From UHGV virus genome UHGV-2199876: DNA of 29,731 bases, one strand, 5' to 3'. The notes beneath the pieces were generated by a model. It ran no database searches. It saw only the letters and a list, made by a program, of their open reading frames with translations, and was not told the origin of the DNA. The translations under genes were made by a program, and so were the position numbers. Origin of the DNA: a virus. This document shows, piece after piece, positions 16,267 through 24,171 of this stretch (position 1 is its first letter; each line of letters begins with the position of its first letter).

Positions 16267-16863
16267 TCATCTACCCTCAACCATGAATGATTTGATCGTT
16301 CCGACTATTTGGTGAACAAATTCAAGATCGCTTTTCCTGAAGATGGCGCGTTGTGAATTTGTTCCGTCCAGATAGTAATTTTCATCATCAAAACGGGCCA
16401 GGCGCTGGATGGTGATATTTCCTGCAGTATCACGAACCAGAACATCCTCGCCGGGAACCAGTTCCAGCGCAGAATCGACCAGGAGAAAATCGCCTGGCTG
16501 ATAGTTTCCCTGCGCCAGATTGCTGATAGTTAACGCATAAACAGTATTGCGCTGGCTGATGAATGGCAGGAATCGCTCAGTATTTGGAACCTGTCCTGGC
16601 TTCCACTCTTCATCAGGTCCACTTTCAGTTGTGCCAATAACAGGAATGCGATCAGGGTCATATTCTGTCCCATACAGCACCCAATGCACTGGCTTGCGTA
16701 AGCATTTAGCCAGGGCAATACCTATCTCCAGTGACGGCATTACGTCGCCACGTTCTAAGTTTTGGACGCCTGCAATAGAGATATCGACAGCCTCAGCAAC
16801 TTCTCGCAACGTCAGCTTCATCTCTAAACGGCGTGCTTTCAGTCGTTCGCCTCGTGTTTTCAT
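16267..16863 (-). CDS. cB: Prophage repressor CB (cI-like: N-terminal HTH plus C-terminal S24/LexA-like domain)
   Basis: 198-aa ORF with an XRE-type HTH (LTLREVAEAVDISIAGVQNLERG) and a C-terminal region with the character of lambda cI / LexA S24 domains. Divergent from the cro-like gene. Confidence 0.85.
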   Translation of the reverse strand: MKTRGERLKARRLEMKLTLREVAEAVDISIAGVQNLERGDVMPSLEIGIALAKCLRKPVHWVLYGTEYDPDRIPVIGTTESGPDEEWKPGQVPNTERFLPFISQRNTVYALTISNLAQGNYQPGDFLLVDSALELVPGEDVLVRDTAGNITIQRLARFDDENYYLDGTNSQRAIFRKSDLEFVHQIVGTIKSFMVEGR

Positions 16864-16886
16864 AGCTTAATCATAAATGATCTTCT

Positions 16887-16927
16887 TATAGCTGGCTATA
16901 AAATTTATTTATTATAGCTGGCTTTAA
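16887..16927. promoter_or_regulatory. Immunity operators: two copies of TTATAGC-N2-GCTATAA between cB and cro
   Basis: TTATAGCTGGCTATAA at 16887-16902 and the imperfect TTATAGCTGGCTTTAA at 16912-16927. A TATAAT hexamer lies at 16943-16948. Confidence 0.5.
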
Positions 16928-17176
16928 ATGCGATTTATTGCTTATAATAACCGCATGAAACCAGAAGAACTTATTCGCCACTTTGGCAGTGTAGAAAAAG
17001 CAGCGGCTGGGGTAGGTGTAACACCCGGTGCTGTTTACCAATGGTTAACCGCTGGAGAGATTCCTTCATTGCGGCAAAGTGATATTGAAGTTCGTACTGC
17101 TTACAAGCTGAAGAGTGACTTTACAACTCGGCGGGTAAAGCAGTCGATTAAGGAGAGCCGTAAGCGTGGAGCTTGA
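16928..17176 (+). CDS. cro: Cro-like small DNA-binding regulator
   Basis: 82-aa ORF (73 aa if it starts at ATG 16955) divergent from cB. Contains a GVTPGAVYQWL HTH-like segment. Confidence 0.6.
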   Translation: MRFIAYNNRMKPEELIRHFGSVEKAAAGVGVTPGAVYQWLTAGEIPSLRQSDIEVRTAYKLKSDFTTRRVKQSIKESRKRGA

Positions 17177-17876
17177 GTATATACGCAGCTGCGTCTCCAC
17201 GGCATTGGCTGATATTCATTATCGCCAGCGTGGCATCCTAGAGGTCCAGCTTGAGCAGATGCGTCTAGGCAGATCAGGACGCTTTAACAATAAACCAGTC
17301 CGGTCAATCAGTGTAGGTGATGATAACTCATACGAAGTGTCTGTTCCTGCTGAGCCGGTTAGATTCCACCAGGGCAAAACATTTAAACAATCATCAATGT
17401 TGCTCACTGATATTGATTTTCAGAGCGCCAGCTGGCGCAGGGCTATTGGTCAGTTGAATAACGAGGAATCAGCCTGGCTTTATTATTGCTACGGATGCAA
17501 GCCTAACTACAACAATGATGTGATTGTTTGTCAGTGGTTATGGCTTGATTTTCTGGTTGCGCATTCGGGTGGCGGGTTTAAAAAAATGAAGGCCTCCACG
17601 AAAAAAGCCATGAGAAAATTGATTTATTACGCGGCACAGCAGGTTAAGTCAGAACTTACGTGTGCTGAGGCAGTTGATGATAGAGAACAGGACAGGCAGC
17701 TGAGTTTTCTACTGAATATATCTATTGATAGCTGGAGACAAGATTATAAAGAACGCTGGCTTTTAATTAAGTCGCGATGTCTGAGCTTAAATCGAACTGC
17801 ATTATTAAATGCGGCGGAGAAGCGCAGTGAAATCATCAAACGCCATCGGGCAGGAAGTGCCATTCTGCCTTTGTAA
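17166..17876 (+). CDS. Hypothetical protein at the position of the late antiterminator (Q-like?)
   Basis: 236-aa ORF immediately after cro with a GTG start. Cys cluster YYCYGCKPNYNNDVIVCQW. Assignment is by position only. Confidence 0.3.
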   Translation: MELEYIRSCVSTALADIHYRQRGILEVQLEQMRLGRSGRFNNKPVRSISVGDDNSYEVSVPAEPVRFHQGKTFKQSSMLLTDIDFQSASWRRAIGQLNNEESAWLYYCYGCKPNYNNDVIVCQWLWLDFLVAHSGGGFKKMKASTKKAMRKLIYYAAQQVKSELTCAEAVDDREQDRQLSFLLNISIDSWRQDYKERWLLIKSRCLSLNRTALLNAAEKRSEIIKRHRAGSAILPL

Positions 17877-17883
17877 ACAAGTT

Positions 17884-18129
17884 ATGTTCAGGAAACCGTC
17901 GAAGCCGGAATTAAGGTATTCGGGGGTAAGAAATGAATATGTTATCTGGTGTCCAACTTGTGGTTACAGGACACGACCAGATAGTAATAAGCAGTCTGTA
18001 ATTGCCGATTGGTATTTATCAAATCAGCCAGGTAATAAGCATATAGAAAATCTTTGGATTAAGCGTTACTTGGAAATCAGAGAGGGTGCGACCGTGGTCG
18101 CACAAGAAAATGAAAATAACGCCATTTAA
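17884..18129 (+). CDS. Small zinc-finger protein (CPTCG motif; Lar-like?)
   Basis: About 81 aa from ATG 17884 containing WCPTCGYRTRPD. The ORF-track start at 17809 overlaps the upstream gene. Confidence 0.4.
   Translation: MFRKPSKPELRYSGVRNEYVIWCPTCGYRTRPDSNKQSVIADWYLSNQPGNKHIENLWIKRYLEIREGATVVAQENENNAI
18087..18102. other. sopC-like centromere site (TGCGACC-GT-GGTCGCA)
   Basis: Same inverted repeat, at the 3' end of the zinc-finger ORF. Confidence 0.6.
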
Positions 18130-18139
18130 GCAGGGGCCG

Positions 18140-18313
18140 ATGACGCATGATGAAGCAGAGCGTCTTTCAGATACTTATCGGCGGCGTGGTAAGAAAGTTC
18201 TGGTTGTTCGTTCTGATTTTTTAGGTGATGGATATTGCGTTTATGTTCATTTACCTGAATCAGAAAGAACACCAAAACCATCCAGAACATATCAACAGAA
18301 AATTTGGGTATAG
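18140..18313 (+). CDS. Hypothetical small protein (57 aa from ATG 18140)
   Basis: ORF in the early-right operon. The ORF-track start at 18086 lies inside the sopC-like site. Confidence 0.3.
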   Translation: MTHDEAERLSDTYRRRGKKVLVVRSDFLGDGYCVYVHLPESERTPKPSRTYQQKIWV

Positions 18314-18336
18314 ATAAACGTTGAGGAGAATTATTC

Positions 18337-18936
18337 GTGACTAATCAGATTATTTACGACAGGAAACGGTCTGATGTAATGATTGACCTTGAAACAATGG
18401 GTACTAACACATGTGCTCCAATTGTTTCTATCGGGGCAGTGTTTTTTTCTCCAGAAGGTGAGGAATTAGGTCCTACTTTTTATGTGCCAGTGAATCTCAG
18501 AAGCTCGATGTTGAATGGTGGTGTCGCCGATGGTGATACCATTTTATGGTGGTTGAAACAGAGCAAGGAAGCCAGAGCCGCAATTTGTACTAATGATGCC
18601 CTTAATATTAAGGATGCACTTTTTGAATTATCACACTTTATTACTTGCCATGCATGTAATTTAAAAAAATTGAAAGTATGGGGAAATGGAGCAACATTCG
18701 ACAATGTAATTTTACGCGGTGCTTATGAGCGCGTTGGCTTAGCCTGTCCGTGGGAATATTTTAATGATCAGGATGTTCGAACAATCGTTAATCTTGGTCA
18801 GTTTATTGGTTTCAATCCTAAAAAAGATATGCCATTTGATGGTGAACGACACAATGCCCTGGCTGATGCTATTCATCAGGCTAAGTATGTATCCGCAATT
18901 TTCTCCCGTCTTGTAAAAGGGCAAGGAGAATCGTAA
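18337..18936 (+). CDS. DEDDh-family 3'-5' exonuclease
   Basis: Motif I MIDLETMG, motif II VWGNGATFDN, motif III H-NALADA. GTG start with a GAGGAG SD. Confidence 0.7.
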   Translation: MTNQIIYDRKRSDVMIDLETMGTNTCAPIVSIGAVFFSPEGEELGPTFYVPVNLRSSMLNGGVADGDTILWWLKQSKEARAAICTNDALNIKDALFELSHFITCHACNLKKLKVWGNGATFDNVILRGAYERVGLACPWEYFNDQDVRTIVNLGQFIGFNPKKDMPFDGERHNALADAIHQAKYVSAIFSRLVKGQGES

Positions 18937-19355
18937 TGGCAAAGGCTTTTACACCAGAACAGAGGGAAGAACTGAATAAACAAATTGTGGAACTCGTGCG
19001 CCTGAATGGACGAGGAACGGTTAGGCAACTTGCGGATGAAACTGGTATTAGCCGGTGTGCTGTTAGTCGTTTATCAAGAGAGCTTGCTGCCAGTGGTGAT
19101 TTGTATATCTCTGGCTCCGGGATATTTCTGTCTGCACAAGCACGCAAGGACTGGCAAAACGCCCGTAAAAAACTATCAAGAGTAAAGCCGAAGACATCGG
19201 TAGTGGTTGATCCAGACCTTATCTGGTCATTACCTGACGGAGAAATACGTCGTTACGACAGGCGCTTGAACATGATTTGTCACGATTGCCGGAAAAGTGA
19301 AGTTATGCAGCGTGTGCTGGCTTTTTATCAGGGAAATTTACAGGAGGTGGCGTAG
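18936..19355 (+). CDS. Putative HTH DNA-binding protein (139 aa)
   Basis: GTVRQLADETGISRCAVSRLSRELAASGD has HTH character. AAGGAGA SD. Confidence 0.45.
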   Translation: MAKAFTPEQREELNKQIVELVRLNGRGTVRQLADETGISRCAVSRLSRELAASGDLYISGSGIFLSAQARKDWQNARKKLSRVKPKTSVVVDPDLIWSLPDGEIRRYDRRLNMICHDCRKSEVMQRVLAFYQGNLQEVA

Positions 19356-19645
19356 TGAATATCGACACCACGATAACGATCGATACGGCCCTAAATATCG
19401 GTCTGGCACTTCTCGGTTGGTTTTACATCATGTTCAGTGCGGGGAAGTGGGCGGCCTCTGTTTTTCTAAAGCAGTGGGGAAAGCACCGCAAACAGGAAAG
19501 ACGCCAGAAAGTGTTAGAGGCGTTCTATGACGCATTTGAACTTAGCCGCATTGAGCCAGGCACAACAGCCAAGATAGCGACAAAAGGCGACCTGATGATA
19601 GTGATGTTCCGACAGGAGAGAGCAGATAAAGGGGAATCAGCATGA
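19355..19645 (+). CDS. Small membrane protein (96 aa)
   Basis: GTG start with a CAGGAGGTGG SD. TM segment IGLALLGWFYIMFSAG. Confidence 0.45.
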   Translation: MNIDTTITIDTALNIGLALLGWFYIMFSAGKWAASVFLKQWGKHRKQERRQKVLEAFYDAFELSRIEPGTTAKIATKGDLMIVMFRQERADKGESA

Positions 19646-20301
19646 AATTTTCCAAATTTTCTGAGTTGGTGAATCGTATTTTGTCCAACAACCACAGCCA
19701 TCGTCGCGATATGGATGTAACAATCGTTATTCATTCGCCTGGCAGCATTGGTTCAACACCCTCAGTTGAGGTTCAGTCAATTCACGCTGGTTTTGATTGG
19801 GATTCCGGGAAAGTGCTGATTTTCCCAGCACAGCCACTGACCACGCTAACACCAGAACAGATTACTGATATTACTGATAGTGTGCGCAAAGGTCAGTCCT
19901 GGCACGCATATCAGGAATACAAGAAGCATAAAGAGCAGTTGGAAAAATTGTCGATTGAACTGGATGCTGCAAAACAGCGCGTAGCAGAACTGGAAGCCAA
20001 ACCTGTAAGCCAAACTTACAAGTTAACTTTTGAGCAATGGCTGGAACAGCAGCATGACAAAATTGATGTTGATTGTGGATGTGTAAGTACTGAAATGTTT
20101 ATGCACTGGATAAGGGTCGCGTATGAGGCTGGCAACTCTCCGGTAACTCCGGATGGTCATGTTCAGTTTTCTGTTTCACTTCCTGCAGCGTTTGGTGGAG
20201 ATAAATATTTTATTGATGGTGTATTTCAACCTTTGAGATATGAGCGTGATTGTGAAAGGGCGGTTGTGGCCGCTGGCGGTGTAGTTAGTTGGGTTAAGTA
20301 A
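19642..20301 (+). CDS. Hypothetical protein (219 aa)
   Basis: Start overlaps the upstream stop. Central coiled-coil-like stretch. No recognised domain. Confidence 0.5.
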   Translation: MKFSKFSELVNRILSNNHSHRRDMDVTIVIHSPGSIGSTPSVEVQSIHAGFDWDSGKVLIFPAQPLTTLTPEQITDITDSVRKGQSWHAYQEYKKHKEQLEKLSIELDAAKQRVAELEAKPVSQTYKLTFEQWLEQQHDKIDVDCGCVSTEMFMHWIRVAYEAGNSPVTPDGHVQFSVSLPAAFGGDKYFIDGVFQPLRYERDCERAVVAAGGVVSWVK

Positions 20302-20316
20302 TTTTCAGGAGGATTT

Positions 20317-20643
20317 ATGGCGCTGACACCGGCAGAACGGCAAAGGAGACGCAGGGAACGGTTGAAGAAGGAAGGCACATCAAGACGGGACTGGATTCTA
20401 GAACCTGACGAGTTACGTATGTTGGGGGAAATTTGTGTATTGCGTAGACCAGGGCGAGTTCCATATTCGGAGAACGAAGTCATTGGTTTGCTGATCAGGA
20501 AAAACTATAAGGAGCTGCAGAAGCAGCTATCTACTACTTGCCCGCGATGTGGTCAAAAAATGCCTGTTTCAGAATGCATTTTTGATGGCGAAGGGTCATG
20601 CCACCTTACAACCACGAGGCTGAAACTTGCGCTCAAAGTGTGA
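20317..20643 (+). CDS. Hypothetical basic protein with a C-terminal CxxC (108 aa)
   Basis: Arg-rich N-terminus (TPAERQRRRRERLKKEG) and a CPRCG motif. AGGAGG SD. Confidence 0.45.
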   Translation: MALTPAERQRRRRERLKKEGTSRRDWILEPDELRMLGEICVLRRPGRVPYSENEVIGLLIRKNYKELQKQLSTTCPRCGQKMPVSECIFDGEGSCHLTTTRLKLALKV

Positions 20644-20661
20644 CTGGTCACGGAGGGATAA

Positions 20662-20904
20662 ATGGATAAAAAGGCATTGCTTTTTGAAATGATACGAAAA
20701 CGGAGCGAAAAGAGCTTTTCTGATGGTGGTGATGGGTTTGTTTTCGCTTCGATGCTTGCTTTTGATGTTGGGTTAAATAGCAGAATTGTTAAAAGGATGC
20801 TTGATTCTGCTGTCCGTACTGGACTTCTTGAGAAAGTTGATCGTGGCATAGGGAGAGAGCATAAGTATCGGGTCACACAGCAGTTTACGCAGTTAATTCA
20901 TTGA
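20662..20904 (+). CDS. Hypothetical small protein (80 aa), possible DNA-binding
   Basis: ORF with a GGAGGG SD, preceded by a GTGAC-N2-GTCAC palindrome. Confidence 0.4.
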   Translation: MDKKALLFEMIRKRSEKSFSDGGDGFVFASMLAFDVGLNSRIVKRMLDSAVRTGLLEKVDRGIGREHKYRVTQQFTQLIH

Positions 20905-20932
20905 AAATTGACCGTAAAGTTTGAGTTTTATC

Positions 20933-20948
20933 CTGTAATTTTATACAG
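20933..20948. promoter_or_regulatory. LexA (SOS) box CTGT-N8-ACAG
   Basis: cCTGTaattttatACAGta fits the CTGT-(AT)4-ACAG consensus. Lies about 40 bp upstream of the 20987 ORF and overlaps likely promoter hexamers. Confidence 0.55.
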
Positions 20949-20986
20949 TATAAAAAACCTTTTTTAGTTAAATGGTATGAGATTTA

Positions 20987-21190
20987 ATGTCTGAAGCAGC
21001 CGTATCAACTCTTGAACAACTCGATTCAAATTTGAGAGATATTGACGCCGTTCTGGATCTGGTTAGCGTCACCCTGGCTTCTCCAGAAGCCAGCCTACAT
21101 ATTGGTGAGGTTTCACGACTCATCAACATGTCGCGAGAGATTGCCCAGCATTGTCAGAAAACTATCGCTGTTGAGCGTTCACATCATTGA
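20987..21190 (+). CDS. SOS-controlled small protein (candidate AntC-like antirepressor)
   Basis: 67-aa ORF directly downstream of the LexA box. N15 is reported to have a LexA-regulated small antirepressor, antC. Confidence 0.45.
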   Translation: MSEAAVSTLEQLDSNLRDIDAVLDLVSVTLASPEASLHIGEVSRLINMSREIAQHCQKTIAVERSHH

Positions 21191-21232
21191 TGCACACCCC
21201 GCCCTTCTGGACGGGGTAGTAAAAGAGTCTAA

Positions 21233-21520
21233 TTAATAAACAGCGCGAATATCGATGGTTGCGCCGCAGGCATGAGCATATTTAGCCAAAGTTTTCATAC
21301 TTGCCCCTAAAGGATTGCTTTCCAGGCGGCTGATGGCTGACGGTCGCAACCCCATTCGTTCAGCCAGAGCTGATTTCGTTAAACCTGCTCTTTCCCTCAT
21401 TTCGTATAACATTTCGACCATCTCCAGCTCTTTATCGGCCTCTTCATATCCTTTGATGGCTTCTGGAGTGTTGAGAAGTTTTTCTTTTACTTCGTTAAAC
21501 GGGATGCCTTTCGCTTTCAT
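21233..21520 (-). CDS. HTH (XRE-family) antitoxin
   Basis: 95-aa ORF with an HTH (LTKSALAERMGLRPSAISRLE). Its start overlaps the stop of the upstream toxin-like ORF (HigB-HigA-type order). Confidence 0.7.
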   Translation of the reverse strand: MKAKGIPFNEVKEKLLNTPEAIKGYEEADKELEMVEMLYEMRERAGLTKSALAERMGLRPSAISRLESNPLGASMKTLAKYAHACGATIDIRAVY

Positions 21521-21831
21521 CAGTTCATCTCCTTCAGGCGAGTTCTGGCGATTTCGATAGCCTTCACCGGTGTTTTCTGTGTCTTTTTTACAAATGCATG
21601 CAATAGATAAATTTCGTTACCAGTCGCGTAGGCGTACAGCGTTCTTGCGATGTTTTTATCCCCTACTCGTAGTTCAAAAAGCCCTCCACCTATTACACGG
21701 CTATGGGGCATCTTCAGTTTGTTGCCTTCCTTCTCCAGTCGCTCAATTAATCTGGTCATGCGACCTCGCAAATCATCTGGTAGTTCAAGCAGTTCATCCA
21801 GTGCTGCAGGGTGGGTTATCACGTTAAACAT
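21520..21831 (-). CDS. Gp49-like (HigB/RelE-superfamily) toxin
   Basis: 103 aa with the 'phage-derived Gp49-like' character (KMPHSRVIGGGLFELRVGD...ARTLYAY...IYLLHAFVKKTQKTP). The family is named after N15 gene 49. Confidence 0.7.
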   Translation of the reverse strand: MFNVITHPAALDELLELPDDLRGRMTRLIERLEKEGNKLKMPHSRVIGGGLFELRVGDKNIARTLYAYATGNEIYLLHAFVKKTQKTPVKAIEIARTRLKEMN

Positions 21832-21978
21832 ATTATAGCCTCCATAGCCATAAAATACACCAAAACAAGAAAAAAGCGCAAATTAAAAATTTCACTAAAA
21901 AGTGAAAAATAACACTGGATGTGTTCGTTTGGCAGAGTTACAGTTCGTGTCATTGAGGGGCAATAACCCACTAACTAT

Positions 21979-22218
21979 ATGAATTTGGAGGATATTATGA
22001 ATTATCAAGGTAACGAAAAAATGCGCGACGACGTTGCGGAGATAGCTAACGAACTGTATGAGTTGTGGCAGAAGGTTGAACGTTTCGAAAAGGAATATGG
22101 TTTCAACAGTACCAACCTGGCAGACCGACTGGCTGGTCGCTTAGTTGGGACTATGGGGCCAAAACTGGCTGAGTTGAACCGCTTTATGGCTGATGTTGAT
22201 TTCCAGTTTCAAGATTGA
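21979..22218 (+). CDS. Hypothetical protein (79 aa)
   Basis: ORF with a GGAGG SD. Confidence 0.45.
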   Translation: MNLEDIMNYQGNEKMRDDVAEIANELYELWQKVERFEKEYGFNSTNLADRLAGRLVGTMGPKLAELNRFMADVDFQFQD

Positions 22219-22231
22219 TTAGAGAGGCGTT

Positions 22232-22459
22232 ATGAATATTAATGAAATTCGTGGAAATATGACTGAAGCGGCCCTGAGTGTGGAATGTGTTATGCGTGGA
22301 TACCCACGCATTTCCCTGAAAGAGTTAAGCGAAGCCTGTTTTTTGAGTCAAGCTGCCGTTGAATTTATCATCGAACAGATGATCTGTTTTGGGGTTGCAA
22401 AGCGTAGCGGGTCTGGTCGATATTCTTTGACCGATGAATATAAGCAGGCAACTTTCTAA
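22232..22459 (+). CDS. Hypothetical protein (75 aa)
   Basis: ORF with a GAGAGG SD. Followed by a sopC-like site and a terminator. Confidence 0.45.
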   Translation: MNINEIRGNMTEAALSVECVMRGYPRISLKELSEACFLSQAAVEFIIEQMICFGVAKRSGSGRYSLTDEYKQATF

Positions 22460-22465
22460 AAACTG

Positions 22466-22481
22466 TGCGACCACGGTCGCA
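22466..22481. other. sopC-like centromere site (TGCGACC-AC-GGTCGCA)
   Basis: Inverted repeat immediately after the stop of the 22232 ORF. Confidence 0.6.
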
Positions 22482-22556
22482 CAGCACAAAAACGAAAAAG
22501 CTTGGCAAAATTACGGTTTTTAGTTATTGTTTTGTTAAGTTGGGTTTTTTGTACCC

Positions 22557-22582
22557 AACAGCCAACAAGCCGCCTTTATGGC
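22557..22582 (+). terminator. Rho-independent terminator candidate
   Basis: AGCCGCC-tttat-GGCGGTT followed by TTTTTTTG. Confidence 0.55.
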
Positions 22583-22681
22583 GGTTTTTTTGTGCCTGAA
22601 AAGTGGGCGCAGGACAAGTTGCAGCTTGTCCTGCGGTCAACCCATGCCAGAGCTATAGGCTGAACCTAAAGCCCACCCGCG

Positions 22682-23803
22682 ATGCGCATCGCCGGGTTAG
22701 CTTACCCAGGCAAAAAAATAATAGCTATGTTCAAAACCACTAATATTCATGGCGCGCAACTCGTTTGCGCAGATTCTCTGCAATTTATCAAAACCATCCC
22801 TGATAACTCGGTCAATTTGATTGCAACAGACCCACCATACTTCGGCGTAAAGGCTAACGCATGGGATAACCAGTGGGATAGCGATGCTGACTTTTTGGGG
22901 TGGATTGATGAATTTTTGGCAGAATTTTGGCGGATATTGGCCCCTAATGGCAGCCTGTATATGTTTACCGGCTCTCGCCTTGCGTCAAAAATTGAATTAT
23001 TAACTCGCGACCGTTTCAATGTTCTGAACCATATCATTTGGGCTAAACCCAGTGGTATGTGGCGCGGTTGTCATAAAGAAAGTTTAAGGGCTTATTTTCC
23101 TGCCACTGAAAGAATATTATTTGCAGAGCATTACGGCGCGTCAGGTTATGCTAAAGGTCAGTCAGGTTATGCTTCAAAATGTGCAGATTTAAGAAAAAAT
23201 ATTTTTTCTCCACTAATTGATGCTTTTTCGCTGGCTCGCCGTCAGTTAGATATATCAGCCGCAGACATTAATTCAGCAACAGGAAAGCAGATGTGTTCGC
23301 ACTGGTTTTCTTATTCGCAGTGGCGGCTTCCATCATTAAGTGATTTTAATAAACTATGCGAATTATTTCGCAGGAAGGCAGATTCACTCGGTGTCCCGTG
23401 TCCATATCCTTTTAATGTTGATTATTCAGAACATGAAAAGCGTTATAGCGATCTGAAATTGCGTTATGAGGAAGTAAAGAAGCAGTATGATGATTTGAAG
23501 GCTCAGTATGAAAATTTGCGCCGCCCATTTCATGTTACTGCTGATGTACCTTATACCGATGTATGGGAGTTTCCTCCTGTGCAATATTATCCTGGCAAGC
23601 ACCCATGTGAAAAACCTGCAGCGATGATGGAACATATTATAAAAAGTAGTTCCCGCCCCGGAGATATCGTTGCCGATTTCTTTATGGGATCAGGCTCTAC
23701 TATTAAAGCCGCGCTGAAGTTAGGTCGTCAGGCAATCGGTATTGAGATTGAGGGTGAACGTTATCTTCAGACAGTTGATGAAGTGAAAAAGTTATTTGAG
23801 TAA
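22682..23803 (+). CDS. Orphan DNA methyltransferase (N6-adenine / N4-cytosine type, DPPY motif)
   Basis: Motif IV IATDPPYFG near the N-terminus and motif I (FxGxG) DIVADFFMGSGSTIKAA near the C-terminus. No adjacent restriction endonuclease. Start may be ATG 22727. Confidence 0.8.
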   Translation: MRIAGLAYPGKKIIAMFKTTNIHGAQLVCADSLQFIKTIPDNSVNLIATDPPYFGVKANAWDNQWDSDADFLGWIDEFLAEFWRILAPNGSLYMFTGSRLASKIELLTRDRFNVLNHIIWAKPSGMWRGCHKESLRAYFPATERILFAEHYGASGYAKGQSGYASKCADLRKNIFSPLIDAFSLARRQLDISAADINSATGKQMCSHWFSYSQWRLPSLSDFNKLCELFRRKADSLGVPCPYPFNVDYSEHEKRYSDLKLRYEEVKKQYDDLKAQYENLRRPFHVTADVPYTDVWEFPPVQYYPGKHPCEKPAAMMEHIIKSSSRPGDIVADFFMGSGSTIKAALKLGRQAIGIEIEGERYLQTVDEVKKLFE

Positions 23804-23898
23804 CTGAAGAATATATTCCCCTGCCGTTTTTGATGGGGTTATTTCTCGCCGTATAGTTTCCAAGCCGAAACCTCAGCAACTATTGCGAGGTAAGAGAT

Positions 23899-24171
23899 AT
23901 GAAGATGGATGAACGATACAGCAGCGCATCTTATGGTAGTGCTGGTCTTACTGCGTTCTTTGCCAGCCTGTCATTGCAGGATTGGGGCTTCATTATCGGT
24001 GTCGCGTTCAGCATTATCCTCGGTGTACTTACATACCGGCTCAATAAACGCGAGCAGATGAAGCGCACGAAGATATTGCAGGACATATTGGATAAAACTG
24101 ATGCCAATAATATTTCCGCCACGGCGATGGTTATTGGTGAATTGGGAAAGAGAGCACCGAAGGAAATATGA
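23899..24171 (+). CDS. Class II holin (pinholin-like, two TM segments, dual-start MKM)
   Basis: 90 aa with two TM segments ([11 protein letters not shown] and [18 protein letters not shown]), like S21-type pinholins. Met1-Lys2-Met3 dual start. Overlaps the endolysin start. Confidence 0.7.
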   Translation: MKMDERYSSASYGSAGLTAFFASLSLQDWGFIIGVAFSIILGVLTYRLNKREQMKRTKILQDILDKTDANNISATAMVIGELGKRAPKEI

